A DNA stretch of 61,287 nt, the filler included, from Dirinaria sp. TL-2023a (taxonomy: Eukaryota), in the NCBI GenBank assembly GCA_051941275.1. It is 17 parts of 17 records of this genome, joined end to end, with 100 filler letters (N's around TTAATTAATTAA, not from the genome) between each part and the next. Parts side by side here need not be neighbours in the genome. Positions count along the whole stretch, not along the records: positions 50,639 to 54,127 come from JAVEBF010002039.1; positions 54,228 to 57,716 come from JAVEBF010002040.1; positions 57,817 to 61,287 come from JAVEBF010002041.1; 14 more parts are not named here. One strand, given 5' to 3'. This document shows positions 50,639-61,287 of this stretch, piece by piece. The notes under the pieces are model-generated. The model was not told where the DNA came from. It searched no databases and was given only the letters and a program-made list of their open reading frames with translations. Made by a program: the position numbers and the translations under genes. Position 1 is the stretch's first letter. Each line of letters starts with the position of its first letter.

Positions 50639-53600
50639 CGTATCCTGTATTTGGTTTTGGACCTCTGTTGATCTGTGCGGGCATACTAGATGGGTAGAGA
50701 CATTTACAGATACTTCTGGAGGACCCAACGATCACGGAGGAAGAAACGAATGGGAACAATTCTTATCGCAGCGTCGGAAAGCACCCCTTCCTACCGTCTG
50801 ACCTTGTCGTTAGCTAAAGCACTAGATAGTAGCTAATGTTCGGCCATTGCCCCAGGACCTCGATTGTGAAAGCTAATCTTGTTGAGCATTGACTTATCTC
50901 ATGAGATGTTGATGCCGAATACGATCTTGCTTACTGGAAGGGAAAAGGAAATTGTCATACTAAGACTGAGTCCCAGTGCAAGGCTCTGTATCCTCGCTGG
51001 AAAAGCTTCCTTCGCTGATCATCCCCCATCTTTTCAACCGAAATCACGCTAGCGGCACCGAGGACTGTGCTTTGGATTCAAATCCTACCCGGGACCTGTT
51101 TACAATCCGACAAAAGACTTAGTGACAACCCGAAAACGATTAGTTCCTCCGGAACCCTACCTTACTTTGTTTGACCGCTAACCCTACCTCTACATCATTT
51201 GAGACTAAAGGAGCCTCTGTCAGCATCTAAAGGTATTCTACCTAGGTAAAGTGATTGAGACATTACAGGTGCTTCTCGAGGGTTCAAGACCACGTTAGGA
51301 ATGAATGGATTTCGGATCAGTACAGTTCATGTTGCCGCGTGGAAGCACCCACGTGATCTAGCCGTAGCGCATTGATGTTTATCAGTCATTGTTAAATAAC
51401 AGCTTCGCTCGCGAGAAAGCTTGATACTGGAGTTAAGAGAAAGTTTCTCCTCATAAGGCTAAGGTGAGATCGAGTAGAATGACCCGTATATTGGCCCGGT
51501 AAGCGCTTTCCATAGCTCAGGTCTGGTAATGGTGGTATGTGGTCTCCTTCCAATCTTTTCAATCCAAATCCCGCGAGCAGCACCAGGACTGTGCTTTGGA
51601 TTCAAATCCTACCCGGGACCTGTTTACAACCCAACAAAAGACTAAGTGACAACCCCGAAACAGTTAGCTCAGCCGCAGTCCTACCTGACTTCAACCGCTG
51701 ATCCAACACCCTTGAATCTCCGCCAATGTGCCTTCCCTCATCTTAGCTTCGATGTCTCTTAGAACCAGTATTTACACCTGAAAAAATGATATAAGCATTG
51801 TGTGAATACTGCATCGATATGATTTATAAGAAGTACTAAGATGTGAATACTGTTACTCCAGAGCTACCGCGTATTCTTGATCTCCTAGGATTTCATGACT
51901 GCCAAGGTAAATTTGAAGGTACATACAGTATCTCAAGTGGTTAAGAATTGACTCCTTGAAGCCCGGCATCAAGAGGGAAGAAAGAAATGAACACAGCTTA
52001 TGTTGCGATATCAAAAGCATCCTTTCCATCAAATGAGCTTGTCGTATGTTGAAGCATTGATGATCGCAAAAGCCCACAAAGTCTGTCTGAAAAGGCTTAG
52101 CTGACTGCATGATGAGCTGCTCTTGTGAGAGATCTTGAATATTTGAAAAATCTTGTGCCCGTAAAGCTGAGTCAGAGTGCAAAGATCTGTGCTCTACTTG
52201 TTAGCGTGGTGAGTGTTTCTCATAAAATAACTCAGGTCTGCGGTGATTTGTGATCTCTCTTCTCGTCCTTCCAACGCAGCTCCGCGCTAACAGCATCAAG
52301 AACTGTATTTTTGCTCCACATCCTACGCGCGACCCGTTCACAATCCAACAAAAAGTTAAATGAAATCCCTAAAACAATTGAGAAGACTTCTTCTAGAATG
52401 CGGGTGCCGACTAGCTCATCCGCGACCCTACCTTACCTTGCCTCAACTACCTCTTGCTTCGTCTTACCACCGCCAGATGCTGACCTTAAGTTCTTTGAAA
52501 GCTCCGTCAAGGTTTGAAGGTAATGTATACTAAGTAATTAGAACATTTCAGATACATCTCGAGAATCGAGGGCCATAGGCGAAGGAATGATTGAGTACAG
52601 CTCATGTTGCGGCATCAAGAAGTCAGCGATGTGTTTCGCATCTAGGTATAGGTGAAGCATTGATGCTCGCCAATGATCAGCTGCGCCTCAAGACCTTGGC
52701 TATAGAACCAGCATCTTTGGACAAATTCTTATCTTGTGGGATTTTCTTTGGGTGTTAGGTATGGTCTTACTGATGAAAAGAAAAAAAAGCTCTTCGTCAG
52801 ACTAAGTTCGAGTAGCAAGAGCCTGTACTCTACCTTACCTAAATATTTGCGCGGTAAGCGCTCTCCTCAGCCCAGGTCAGTGGTGCTGTCTGATAACCTA
52901 AGGTAGGTTCCTTCTCTTCAACCAAAACCGCGCTAGCAGCACCGAGGACTGTGTTTTTGGTCCAATTCCTACCCGCGACCTGTTTACAATCCAACAAAGA
53001 ACTAAGTGAGAACCCGAGAACGGTTAGATTCTTCGGAACCCTACCTTACCTACATGTATCTTAAGGTAAGGTAATTGCTTCAACCGCAAACCCTACGCAC
53101 TTCGAAACGAAAGGGACGTCCATTAATGCTTGAAGGTAATGTGTACATGGTTAAGTAAGTCACTGCACCCCAAAACCATGGAGCAAAGAACGAGTGGGCG
53201 CAGCTAATGGGCAGCATCGGAAGGGTTACTTTGCGTTACGGGCCACAGCTGTATGTTTCACATCTAGCTGAAGCATTGGATGCTCGCCAATATCCTGCTA
53301 TGGCCAAAATCTTGGCCAGGAAGTTGAGCTTGTTCGATCATGGCTTACCTCGTGGGAGCTTTTTCTTCTCTTTAAGGCTGACCTCCGAGTGCAAGAGCAT
53401 GTACTCGTCCTCCGTACGCAGTACTACTGCGCGGTACACCCTCGCATATCTTCAACCCGCACCGCGCTAGAAGCATTAAGAACTGAGTTCTTGGTCCAAG
53501 TCATTCCCTACAGACATTTACAACCCAACAAAGAGCTAAGTGACAACCCGGTAACGATTAGCTCGCCCATGATTCTACCTTACTTCCATCAACCGCTAAT

Positions 53601-54127
53601 TCTCAACCCTTTGGACTTTGTGGTCAATAGGAGTCAGTAATCAAATCCTCAATCCCTAAAGTTTTTTGGAATCAATCCCTGATTCCTACTCAGGAATGGG
53701 AACCAGATTCCGAATCCTGACATTTTGGAATTGATTCCTGATTCCTGACTGTAGAGTTTTGGGACCTCGGGGAGTTTTTGAAGATACGGGTTTCCGCACC
53801 ATAAATCCTGGCCAGCGCGGTCAATGCCACAGGTAGTGTTCACTAAAAGTCGCTCGGGAGACCAGCGAATATCGTCACCCGAAAGCCCCAACTTGGTCCT
53901 TAGAGTGCAGCTGTGCTCTCCAAAGCTTACCTGTAGTGACCTTATTGACTCGTCTTGGTACACATGACGCTAGCTAGCACTTTTGACGCCAACCTCCCGT
54001 TCGTACCTGTAGACCATAGGTGGCGTTAAGATGTTACAGGCGCTTTTCGAGGCCCAGGGCCATGAGGAAGGAAACGGGTACAGTTCATGTTGTGGAGTCG
54101 GAAAGCATCCCTTCTATTAGGTGACCT
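50639..54127. repeat. Long-period (about 520-710 bp) diverged non-coding tandem array, at least 5 core copies plus partial flanking units
   Basis: Core starts at about 51055, 51579, 52292, 52938, 53473; 45 identical bases at 51061-51105 and 51585-51629. Secondary modules recur in the same order (GACATTACAG...CAGTTCATGTTG at about 50697, 51257, 52541, 54028; GAGTGCAAG-like at about 50965, 52166, 52800, 53376). Confidence 0.88.
53631..53751. mobile_element. Possible MITE-like insertion
   Basis: Imperfect terminal inverted repeats (GAGTCAGTAATC... / ...GATTCCTGACTG followed by TA) and internal GATTCC/AATCC subrepeats. Absent from the other array units. Confidence 0.35.
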
Positions 54128-54227
54128 NNNNNNNNNNNNNNNNNNNNNNNNNNNNNNNNNNNNNNNNNNNNTTAATTAATTAANNNNNNNNNNNNNNNNN
54201 NNNNNNNNNNNNNNNNNNNNNNNNNNN

Positions 54228-54662
54228 CAACAATGCATTGACCTAGATGGCAATGTCAGCAACGCACCCGGTAGGCATCTAGACACTTCCCCCTAGCCCT
54301 GCTAGACACTTCATGACGAGCCCCGCGCTGGCGAATCACGAGCGCTCGTAGACACAATACTCTATAAACGTCAACTGCTCACTGACTTTTAATCAGTCTC
54401 GAGATTCAGTCTTTCGACGCTGACTTCTAGGCGGCGCTAGCCATGCTTCAGACCCCGAAGGATTGCCCCTGGGCACCCCCGACTGCCAAGCGGCGCTAGC
54501 CTGCATTGGTCAATATATATCAATATATCAGATATCACTGTTACAGCGGTTAAGTATAGAGGATCACTCACCCTTTCGGAGGGGGTTCCTTAGTGATTAG
54601 TTCTAGCAGAAACTACAGTATCAGGTAGTCATATAATCTATTACACTGCCACGTCTTTCACA
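54228..54662 (+). mobile_element. LTR-like segment (normal GG/CC content) abutting the Gypsy gag remnant
   Basis: Short internal direct repeats (CTAGACACTT x2, GCGGCGCTAGCC x2), TATA-like TATAGAG, and an end in ...TTTCACA where composition switches to hypermutated sequence. The 5' end is cut by the contig edge. Confidence 0.45.
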
Positions 54663-57600
54663 CAAATACTGCGTCGGCGGATAATCGACGCATACGATCT
54701 TACATAAATTTAATCAAAACGACGCATCGTGCAAAAATAAAAAATTACTGAACGCTGAACAAATGACTGTCAAACTCAATTGAGATAATGAAAAAATAAA
54801 TCTAACAATAATAAATGTTGATTTCGAGTCAGACGAGTCTCTCTCGAAAAACGACGCTGAGTTCGAAAATGACTTCGACTCGAAAAACGAGTAAACTCTG
54901 ACGAAAATCGTTGTCAGAGACAAATACAATTCTTAATACGCGAACGAATCAATGAGCTAAAACGCGATTTACGTTTGAGCGATTTACAGCTAAAAGACTT
55001 CTTAAATGATTTCTCGCTTGTCAATATATGTTTTTTCAGTCTGAATCTTCACTCGAAAAAAAAGATTCGCAACGATCGACAACTGAAATTTCAAATCAAA
55101 ATACATCTTCTCAACGAAACTGTCAAACTGTTTCTGATAATCGATATCGAAGTTTCGACGCAGAGTTTCGTCGATTCGAAACTGATCAAACAACATAAAT
55201 TATTCACGATATCTCTCAAAAAATCAATAAAATTGCGACTCGTCGATTATAACATCGTTTTCGAAATTACTCATATGACTCAAATCAAGTTTTCTCTCGA
55301 CACTCATAAAGATGAGCTCTGATGTTTGATCACAAAGTTTGACAATCATTCACTAATACTCGATATGTTTTGAATAAAGAATCACGAATGCGACATCATA
55401 AATGAAAAAAAAGCTCTTCAGTTCAGTTTCACTCGTTGTCTCGCTCACTGTTTGATAAATCATCTGTCGATTAAGATCTATTCAATCACGTCAAAGAGAT
55501 TTAAAACTGATATCTCTACGTCGAATCACGAGAACGTTAACTTAGTCTCTGTTTATATTTTCTTCAAAATGTCGATGCAAATCGAGAATCAAATCATAAT
55601 AATGCACTTTGAGTACTTCGTAATGCTGAATCAATTAAAGAAAAACGATCGATATTTCGTTGACAATCTTTTTATCGCGAACGTGACTGCAATCACAGTC
55701 GAGAATTATAAAAAGTTTCACGATAAAATGAATAAGTCATCGCTAACACTCGAGAAACTCAAAGAAATGATTTTCGAAAATCATCATCTTTGATTGAAGT
55801 GTTGAAATTCGAAGAAAGTCAGCAAACTCTTTTTTCACAGATCTGTCGATCATTTAATCGATCTTCAATTTAACGCTATCTCATCAGCGAAAAAAATTTA
55901 CGACATGTCTCGCGATTAAATCGCAGTGATAAAGAAATATGTCGATGACATGCTCAAAAAAGATTTTATTCGACGAAATCATTTCGATTATATCGTCTCT
56001 GTTCTGATCGTCAAAAAGTCTGACGACGAACTGCGAGTTTGCGTTGATTATCGAGCTCTCAATACTTTAATCATTAAAAATCGCAATGCTTCATCATTGA
56101 TTCGCTATACGCTGACTCGTCTGTGTCATATCAAGATCTACATTAAGTTTGACATTATCGTCGTCTTCAACGAAGTCCGTGTTCGCGAAAAAAAATCAGA
56201 ACAAGACTGCTTTTATTACTCATTACGAACTCTTCGAGTATGTCGTCATGTCTTTCGAGTTATGCAATGCTCTCGAAATATTTCAATCATTTATCAACGA
56301 TAATTTTCGCGAGTATTTTGATAATTTCTTCACGATATATCTGAACGATATTCTGATTTATAACGAAAGTTATAAGCAACATCAGAAGCACGTGCACAAG
56401 ATGTTAAAGAAATTTAAAATCGCTAATCTCTTTCTAAACGTTAAGAAATGTCAATTCAACGTCACTCAAGTAAAATATCTGAGACTAATCGTCATTATCG
56501 AAAAACTCAAAATGAATCTCGACAAAATAAAAATCGTTCAGAAATGAGAGATTTCTCGCTCATTTAAGAATGTTCAAGTTTTTCTCGATTTCGTTAACTT
56601 TTATCGACGATTTATTTATGAATATTTCAAACTTGTTAGATCATTAACTCAATTGATCAAAACAGAAAAGAAGAGTACAATCTTCTCATAAACGTCAAGC
56701 AGTTCTGAAACAATAGCGTTCAAAGCTCTCAAACAAGCATTCGTAACTCAGTCAATTCTTAATCATTTCGATCTCTCAAAGAAAATCTGAATAGAAATCG
56801 ATGTTTTCGACTACGTGATTGTCGCGATACTATCTCAGAAAGACGCAGACGATCTTTTTCACTCAGTTGCATATATGTTCAAGCAAATGTTTTTCGTCGA
56901 ATGCAACTACGAGATTTATGACAAGAAATTTCTCGTTATAGTTCGCGTCTTTAAGAAATGACATCTCGAGTGCGTCGAAACGTCAATTAAAGATCTCATC
57001 AAAGTTATTAGCGATTATCGCAATCTAAAACATTTTATGATTATCAAACAATTGAATCGTCGACAAACTCGTTGAGTAGAATTTCTCTTCGAGTTTAATT
57101 TTAAGATTATTTATCGATCGAAAACTCAGAGAACAAAGTTTAATAGTCTCACTCGACGAACGCAGAATCTATTCAGTTTCGACAATGATTTAAGACGTCA
57201 ATTTCAGAACAAAACGATTTTTAAAAAAGCTAATCTGAAGTCAGAGATGACAAAAACTCTCGATCTAGTCTACGTCATGCTCGAGAACAGTCTCAGCATC
57301 GTCACTTAATTAACATCGATAATTTACGACGTCGTCATCGCGAACGAGAACATTTGAGTTTTAATTGACAATGATTTAATCGATGCTCAGTCTGAGTAAA
57401 CGACAAACTCGAACAATGAGATATTCGAGAACATTTTCACGACAATCGAATTGAAACAAAAAATTCGTAAAGTTTACAAAAAAACGATGATCTGCAACGA
57501 ATTATGAAAATCAAAATCTCAGAAACTCGCAAAATTTCTCATAATTTGCGACGAGTCGAATACAAACTACAATTATTAGATTTTGAGATTCGCAACGATA

Positions 57601-57716
57601 TGCTCTATTATCAGAAACGATTATACGTCTCAAACAAGAAAAATCTATACACAACGATTATTAGACAGATGCATGACTTTTTTTTCGCGAGACATTTAGA
57701 ACGCGAAGATATATAT
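54663..57716 (+). mobile_element. Hypermutated Ty3/Gypsy LTR retrotransposon: end of gag, then pol (PR-RT-RNaseH-start of IN)
   Basis: gag stop ...TCGAAAAACGAGTAA (about 54881-54895). PR LIIDIEVSTQSFVD. RT KKSDDELRVCVDYRALN, VMSFELCNA and YLNDILIY. RNase H EIDVFDY and ECNYEIYDKK. IN zinc finger start MHD...RH. Many stops and a frameshift. Confidence 0.95.
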
Positions 57717-58455
57717 NNNNNNNNNNNNNNNNNNNNNNNNNNNNNNNNNNNNNNNNNNNNTTAATTAATTAANNNNNNNNNNNNNNNNNNNNNNNNNNNN
57801 NNNNNNNNNNNNNNNNGACTTGGTAGAGAACCCCCCATCATTGGGAGGGTAGGGAAGGAAATAAGCCGCAACGAAAAAAAGAGAGGGATCTCAATACCTG
57901 AAATTTCAAAGCGAGAGAGGAAGAACAAAACAAAACAAACCAAAAGGAAGGGGTTGATGATGTAGCTCCTACCTAGGTATGTAGTAGGTACCGTTGATAC
58001 AGTAGGTCCCCATTTTATTTTAGGGACGATTGTATCTTACATCCCCCTTTTAAAAAAACATCAATTAGAAGGATATAACGAACTCTCAAAGGACACTAAG
58101 GTACCTACACTTCCCTTAGATACCCTACCTTACTCCACTTTCGGGCATCGAATTCATTTGTGTTTTTTTTTTTTCCCCTCGAAAATCATCAGTATCATTC
58201 TTATTCTTTCTCTTCTCTCTTTCTTGCCTCCTCCGGGGCAAAAGAAGGAAAAAAATCAAGGAGGAACGGATTTCTTTTCACACCACCTAGCTTAGAATGC
58301 TTTCCCCCGTTACTAGAGGGGGAAAAAATGGAATGGATCAAGATAAGGAGGCAGGCAGGAATGGGATGATATAGTAAGTTTTTCTTTTTTTTTTTTTTTT
58401 TTTGGAAGGAGAGAGGGAAGTATATGGAGCGAAGTAAAATAAGTCTCTGTTCCTG

Positions 58456-59165
58456 GGCCGGCGATGAGGATCACCTGTACGTGGTGCCGGCTACGAACCT
58501 ATTGCAATGTCAATAGAGCCAAGTATCCTTTTTGTTGACGATGAGGGCACAGTGGGAGCAGTGTGTCCTCGTGATGACAACTGTGGTCTGATCTGCTACA
58601 CACGCGTCTGAACTCGAAATTCGCGTCGTCAACGTCGATTGTTCTGTGTGATTGACGTTTACGTTGACACGAAGTCAAAAAAGAAAATAGAAAAAGTTCG
58701 ATTCGTTTCACGCGATTTCGTCTTCAACGACATCGATACTGTTACTGCCGAGAACATTCTTTTCGATTCGTCATTCTTCATCCGCTACAGTATTATGTTT
58801 TATAGACTGCTAGCAAGTTCTTCTCGATATTCAACACGTCACGAGTACTACGATTTAAGAGATGAAGACCTCGATATTACGAATACAAAGAAGTTAATAG
58901 ATCGAGGAAAAGTTTCAGTTCTAGAGATTGTTTTTTTATTTGTTTTCACAGGATGAATCACGAGTATCGAAACGCGCTCCTCCGAAATGACAGAGAAGAC
59001 GTCGGTTAGAGGATCGAGACGATTGTGCCGAAGAAAATCACTCATTAGTACATTGTTATAAATACAGAGAGACTATAGATAGATTGTTTTGATGGCCGCA
59101 TAGCTAGTCCTGATTGAGGACGGGCTCCGAGTGCCTAATGAAGTAATCAATCAATCAATCAGTCA
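58456..59165 (+). mobile_element. 5'-truncated non-LTR retrotransposon (LINE, probably Tad-like) 3' end, 710 bp
   Basis: 15-bp direct repeat AAGTCTCTGTTCCTG at 58441-58455 and 59166-59180 (TSD). (AATC)n tail directly before the right TSD. Hypermutated interior. Confidence 0.82.
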
Positions 59166-59488
59166 AAGTCTCTGTTCCTGAAAGTCGAGAATAACGTGAG
59201 GTAAAGATAAGATAAAGGAAGAGATGCAAGCGTGGACTCATATCGAATCCAGATTCGTGAGCGAATGGATTTATGTACATCAGGTTAAATAAGTCTCTTT
59301 AAGATTTAGCGAGAAAAAGGGGGAAAGAAAAAAGGACTAGAGCCTGCCCGAGTCCCTTCCTTCCCTTCCTTTCCTTTCCGTTTCCTTTCTTTAGGTATCC
59401 CTGAACCCGCGCCCTATGCCAATGAGGCCCTTGAAAGAATGAAAGTTGATGGTTAAAAAAAAAGAAGAAGATGCAGAAGAGAGGTTCA

Positions 59489-60448
59489 TCAAGCCGCAAC
59501 ACCAACATGCGCGCCCGAAGTGCCCAACGGTTCCTCCTTCAATTTATCCAGCAGCACCATACTGCCCGGCCGGGGCCTCTCCTCGCCTCCCTTCCAGCTC
59601 AAGCGGCGATTACTCAAGCTCCGCACGAGTCCCGTGCTCCACCTCTTGCGCACCGGCGGCCGTTCCCCGTTATACCCGAGCTCGGTCTTGAGGACGGAGA
59701 ACTCGGCGTGGTCGCGCGTGTTGCGCATGCGATGGCACCACGTCACTGCCCTCCTATCCTCCTCGCCTTCGTCCTCGACTTTCTCGAACAAAAACTCTCC
59801 GCCCACCTGTGAAAAATCGCCTCCGCTGAGCATCTTGTTGCCCGCGCGCAGGGCCTGCAGAAACGAGCGCACGATGGCCGACGGGACGGACATTTGCATG
59901 TACGCCGGGTTCCGGGGCCCCAGGTCCAGGGTCCGGGTCATGCCGAGGGACTTGTAGAGGGATTTGGTGGGGTCGCAGTAGATGGGGAAGGGGCAGGATG
60001 TTTCTTTGATGTACATGGGGATTAGATCCGGTTGGCCGCAGCCGATGACGATTATCGAGGTTGGCGTGGGCAGTTGGAGGAGCGAGGAGGGGGTCAGGAC
60101 CGAGGCCAGCGTGCGCAGGTATTCTTGACAGTTCTGGCCAGGAGCGGGTGGGGGTTAGTTTTTTTGTGGGTTGGGTTCGGGTTGTTTGGGTTGGGCATGG
60201 AGGGAGAAGCTTACGCCGCAGAAGAAATGTCGGATGAATACTATCAGCACTTTCGGCTTGTCTGAGTATAGGGTGCGGAATTTGTGGGATTTGCGGGAGG
60301 CGTCGAGGACAGGCAGGTCGGCGACACGTTCTAGCTCGGCTCTCGAGGGCGGAGTGGAGGATATTTTCGTGGAGTCGTTGGGGTTATTATCGCATCCGCA
60401 TGACGGGTCGTCTCGCGACGATTTGGAGCTTGATTTTCGGATTGCCAT
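59489..60448 (-). CDS. AhpC/TSA-like thioredoxin-fold protein (PRXL2/AAED1-like), about 292 aa; exons 60448-60215, 60133-59489
   Basis: VLIVFIRHFFCG|NCQEY (CxxC), FPIYCDP...LYKSLGM, QVGGEFLF and WCHRMRNTRDH motifs. 81-nt GTAAGC...CTAAC...CAG intron. Confidence 0.92.
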
Positions 60449-61287
60449 GGCGATGCAGAGGAAAAGGAAAAGAAAGACTGGGACGGAAGTGAGGTTTCGT
60501 CAGTCTGGTGAGCAGTGAAATTGAGGAGATGTGAGGAACAGGACAAGAGAGACGAGAGTCAAGATTTGCAGCCAAGACAAAGGACGGTGAAGGGGAGGAC
60601 AAGGGCCAGATCTCCACACTAGTGTTCTAGATTGGCGATAGACAGTAGTGAAGAGGCAAATAAAGGCAGAGGCAGCTCACAGCAGATGAATGATAGCGAT
60701 AGCATGGTATGGGCGGCTGATGGGACGAGGAGCTACTGGACACTGCTAGTGTTTTAAGGGACTTTTTTTTTTGGTCTTTGTTTCTTTTGCTGCTGCAGGC
60801 TTGCAGCAATCATGTTGACTAAGGTCGGCCGACGACCGGCTGGGACCAGACGATTTTCGCAGGAAGCAAGCGCGTGTGGTTTTCTATGGGGAAGGGGGGG
60901 GGTGCCGAGGGATGAGCTTCTGAGCCTTCTGCCTTCCACCTCGACCTTAGGGAGTTTCATCAGCAAAAAAAAAGATCATGCATGCATGCAAGAAACTGGC
61001 CCGTTCCCGCTAATAGCATGATCGTCCATGCAGCATCTGCAGCCAAACTTCCTTCCCTCCTTCCCTCATCCAGACCTTCCCGCAAACAGCATCCCCTTAA
61101 TCCGCTTCCGTCGATGATTGTATCGCTAACTTTCCGCTTCCTGCACCCTCTCGCCAAGCAGCGCTTCTCATTGGCTGTCCCGGCTGCTAGATGTCCGGTT
61201 TAGGTGCGAAGGGCTAATGCTAGATGGGGACGGTGGCTTGTACTAGCGGGCCTCTCAGGTTGCGACGAAGCTTTCCCTGCGCCCTAC

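Noticed and set aside
50639..54127. CRISPR array or tRNA gene cluster
   Set aside because: Repeats are over 100 bp, spacers are 400-600 bp and homologous to each other, and no cas genes are present. There is no cloverleaf or properly spaced A box.
54663..57716. Alternative genetic code (TGA = Trp) in the AT-rich contigs
   Set aside because: TGA replaces Trp, but catalytic Gly/Pro/Asp codons are also destroyed and there are TAA stops and a frameshift. This is mutation, not recoding.
3540..57816. Regularly spaced TTAATTAATTAA repeats every 3.6 kb, suggesting an array or cassette system
   Set aside because: They are synthetic six-frame-stop linkers embedded in N runs; the spacing reflects size-sorted contigs.
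59489..60448. Selenoprotein (SelU-like family)
   Set aside because: Both CxxC positions are ordinary Cys codons (TGC, TGT); there is no in-frame TGA.
1..61287. A gene cluster linking the permeases, transcription factors, kinase and repeats
   Set aside because: Each lies on a separate contig, so their order is arbitrary.

Overview
This window is not continuous DNA. It is 17 unrelated short contigs (3539 down to 3471 bp, sorted by size) from a filamentous ascomycete (Pezizomycotina) assembly, joined by an artificial 100-bp spacer (44 N + TTAATTAATTAA + 44 N), so adjacency across spacers means nothing. Intact host genes, most with short spliceosomal introns: a GPI-anchored Thr/Pro-rich wall protein, a 4-TM membrane protein, a kinase-ankyrin protein, a Zn2Cys6 transcription factor, a Cys/His zinc-finger-like protein, a SUR7/PalI protein, a ZZZ3/Ahc2-like protein, the Arl3 GTPase, an amino-acid permease, an NCS1 purine-cytosine permease, the Azf1 C2H2 factor and an AhpC/TSA-like protein. 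Degraded repeats: a patatin-like phospholipase relic (typical Starship cargo), a Ty3/Gypsy gag-pol relic, a 5'-truncated LINE with a 15-bp TSD and an AT-rich modular array. Most striking signals: (1) the repeats are hypermutated mainly by CpC>TpC (GpG>GpA) rather than canonical RIP CpA>TpA; (2) one contig is a long-period (about 520-710 bp) non-coding tandem array with a conserved core that shows no such mutation; (3) a structured Pol III-like element carries a CTAACCCTAA motif; (4) a start codon is apparently split by an intron and Azf1 needs a GC-AG intron. All family assignments come from motif recognition by eye; no database searches were run.
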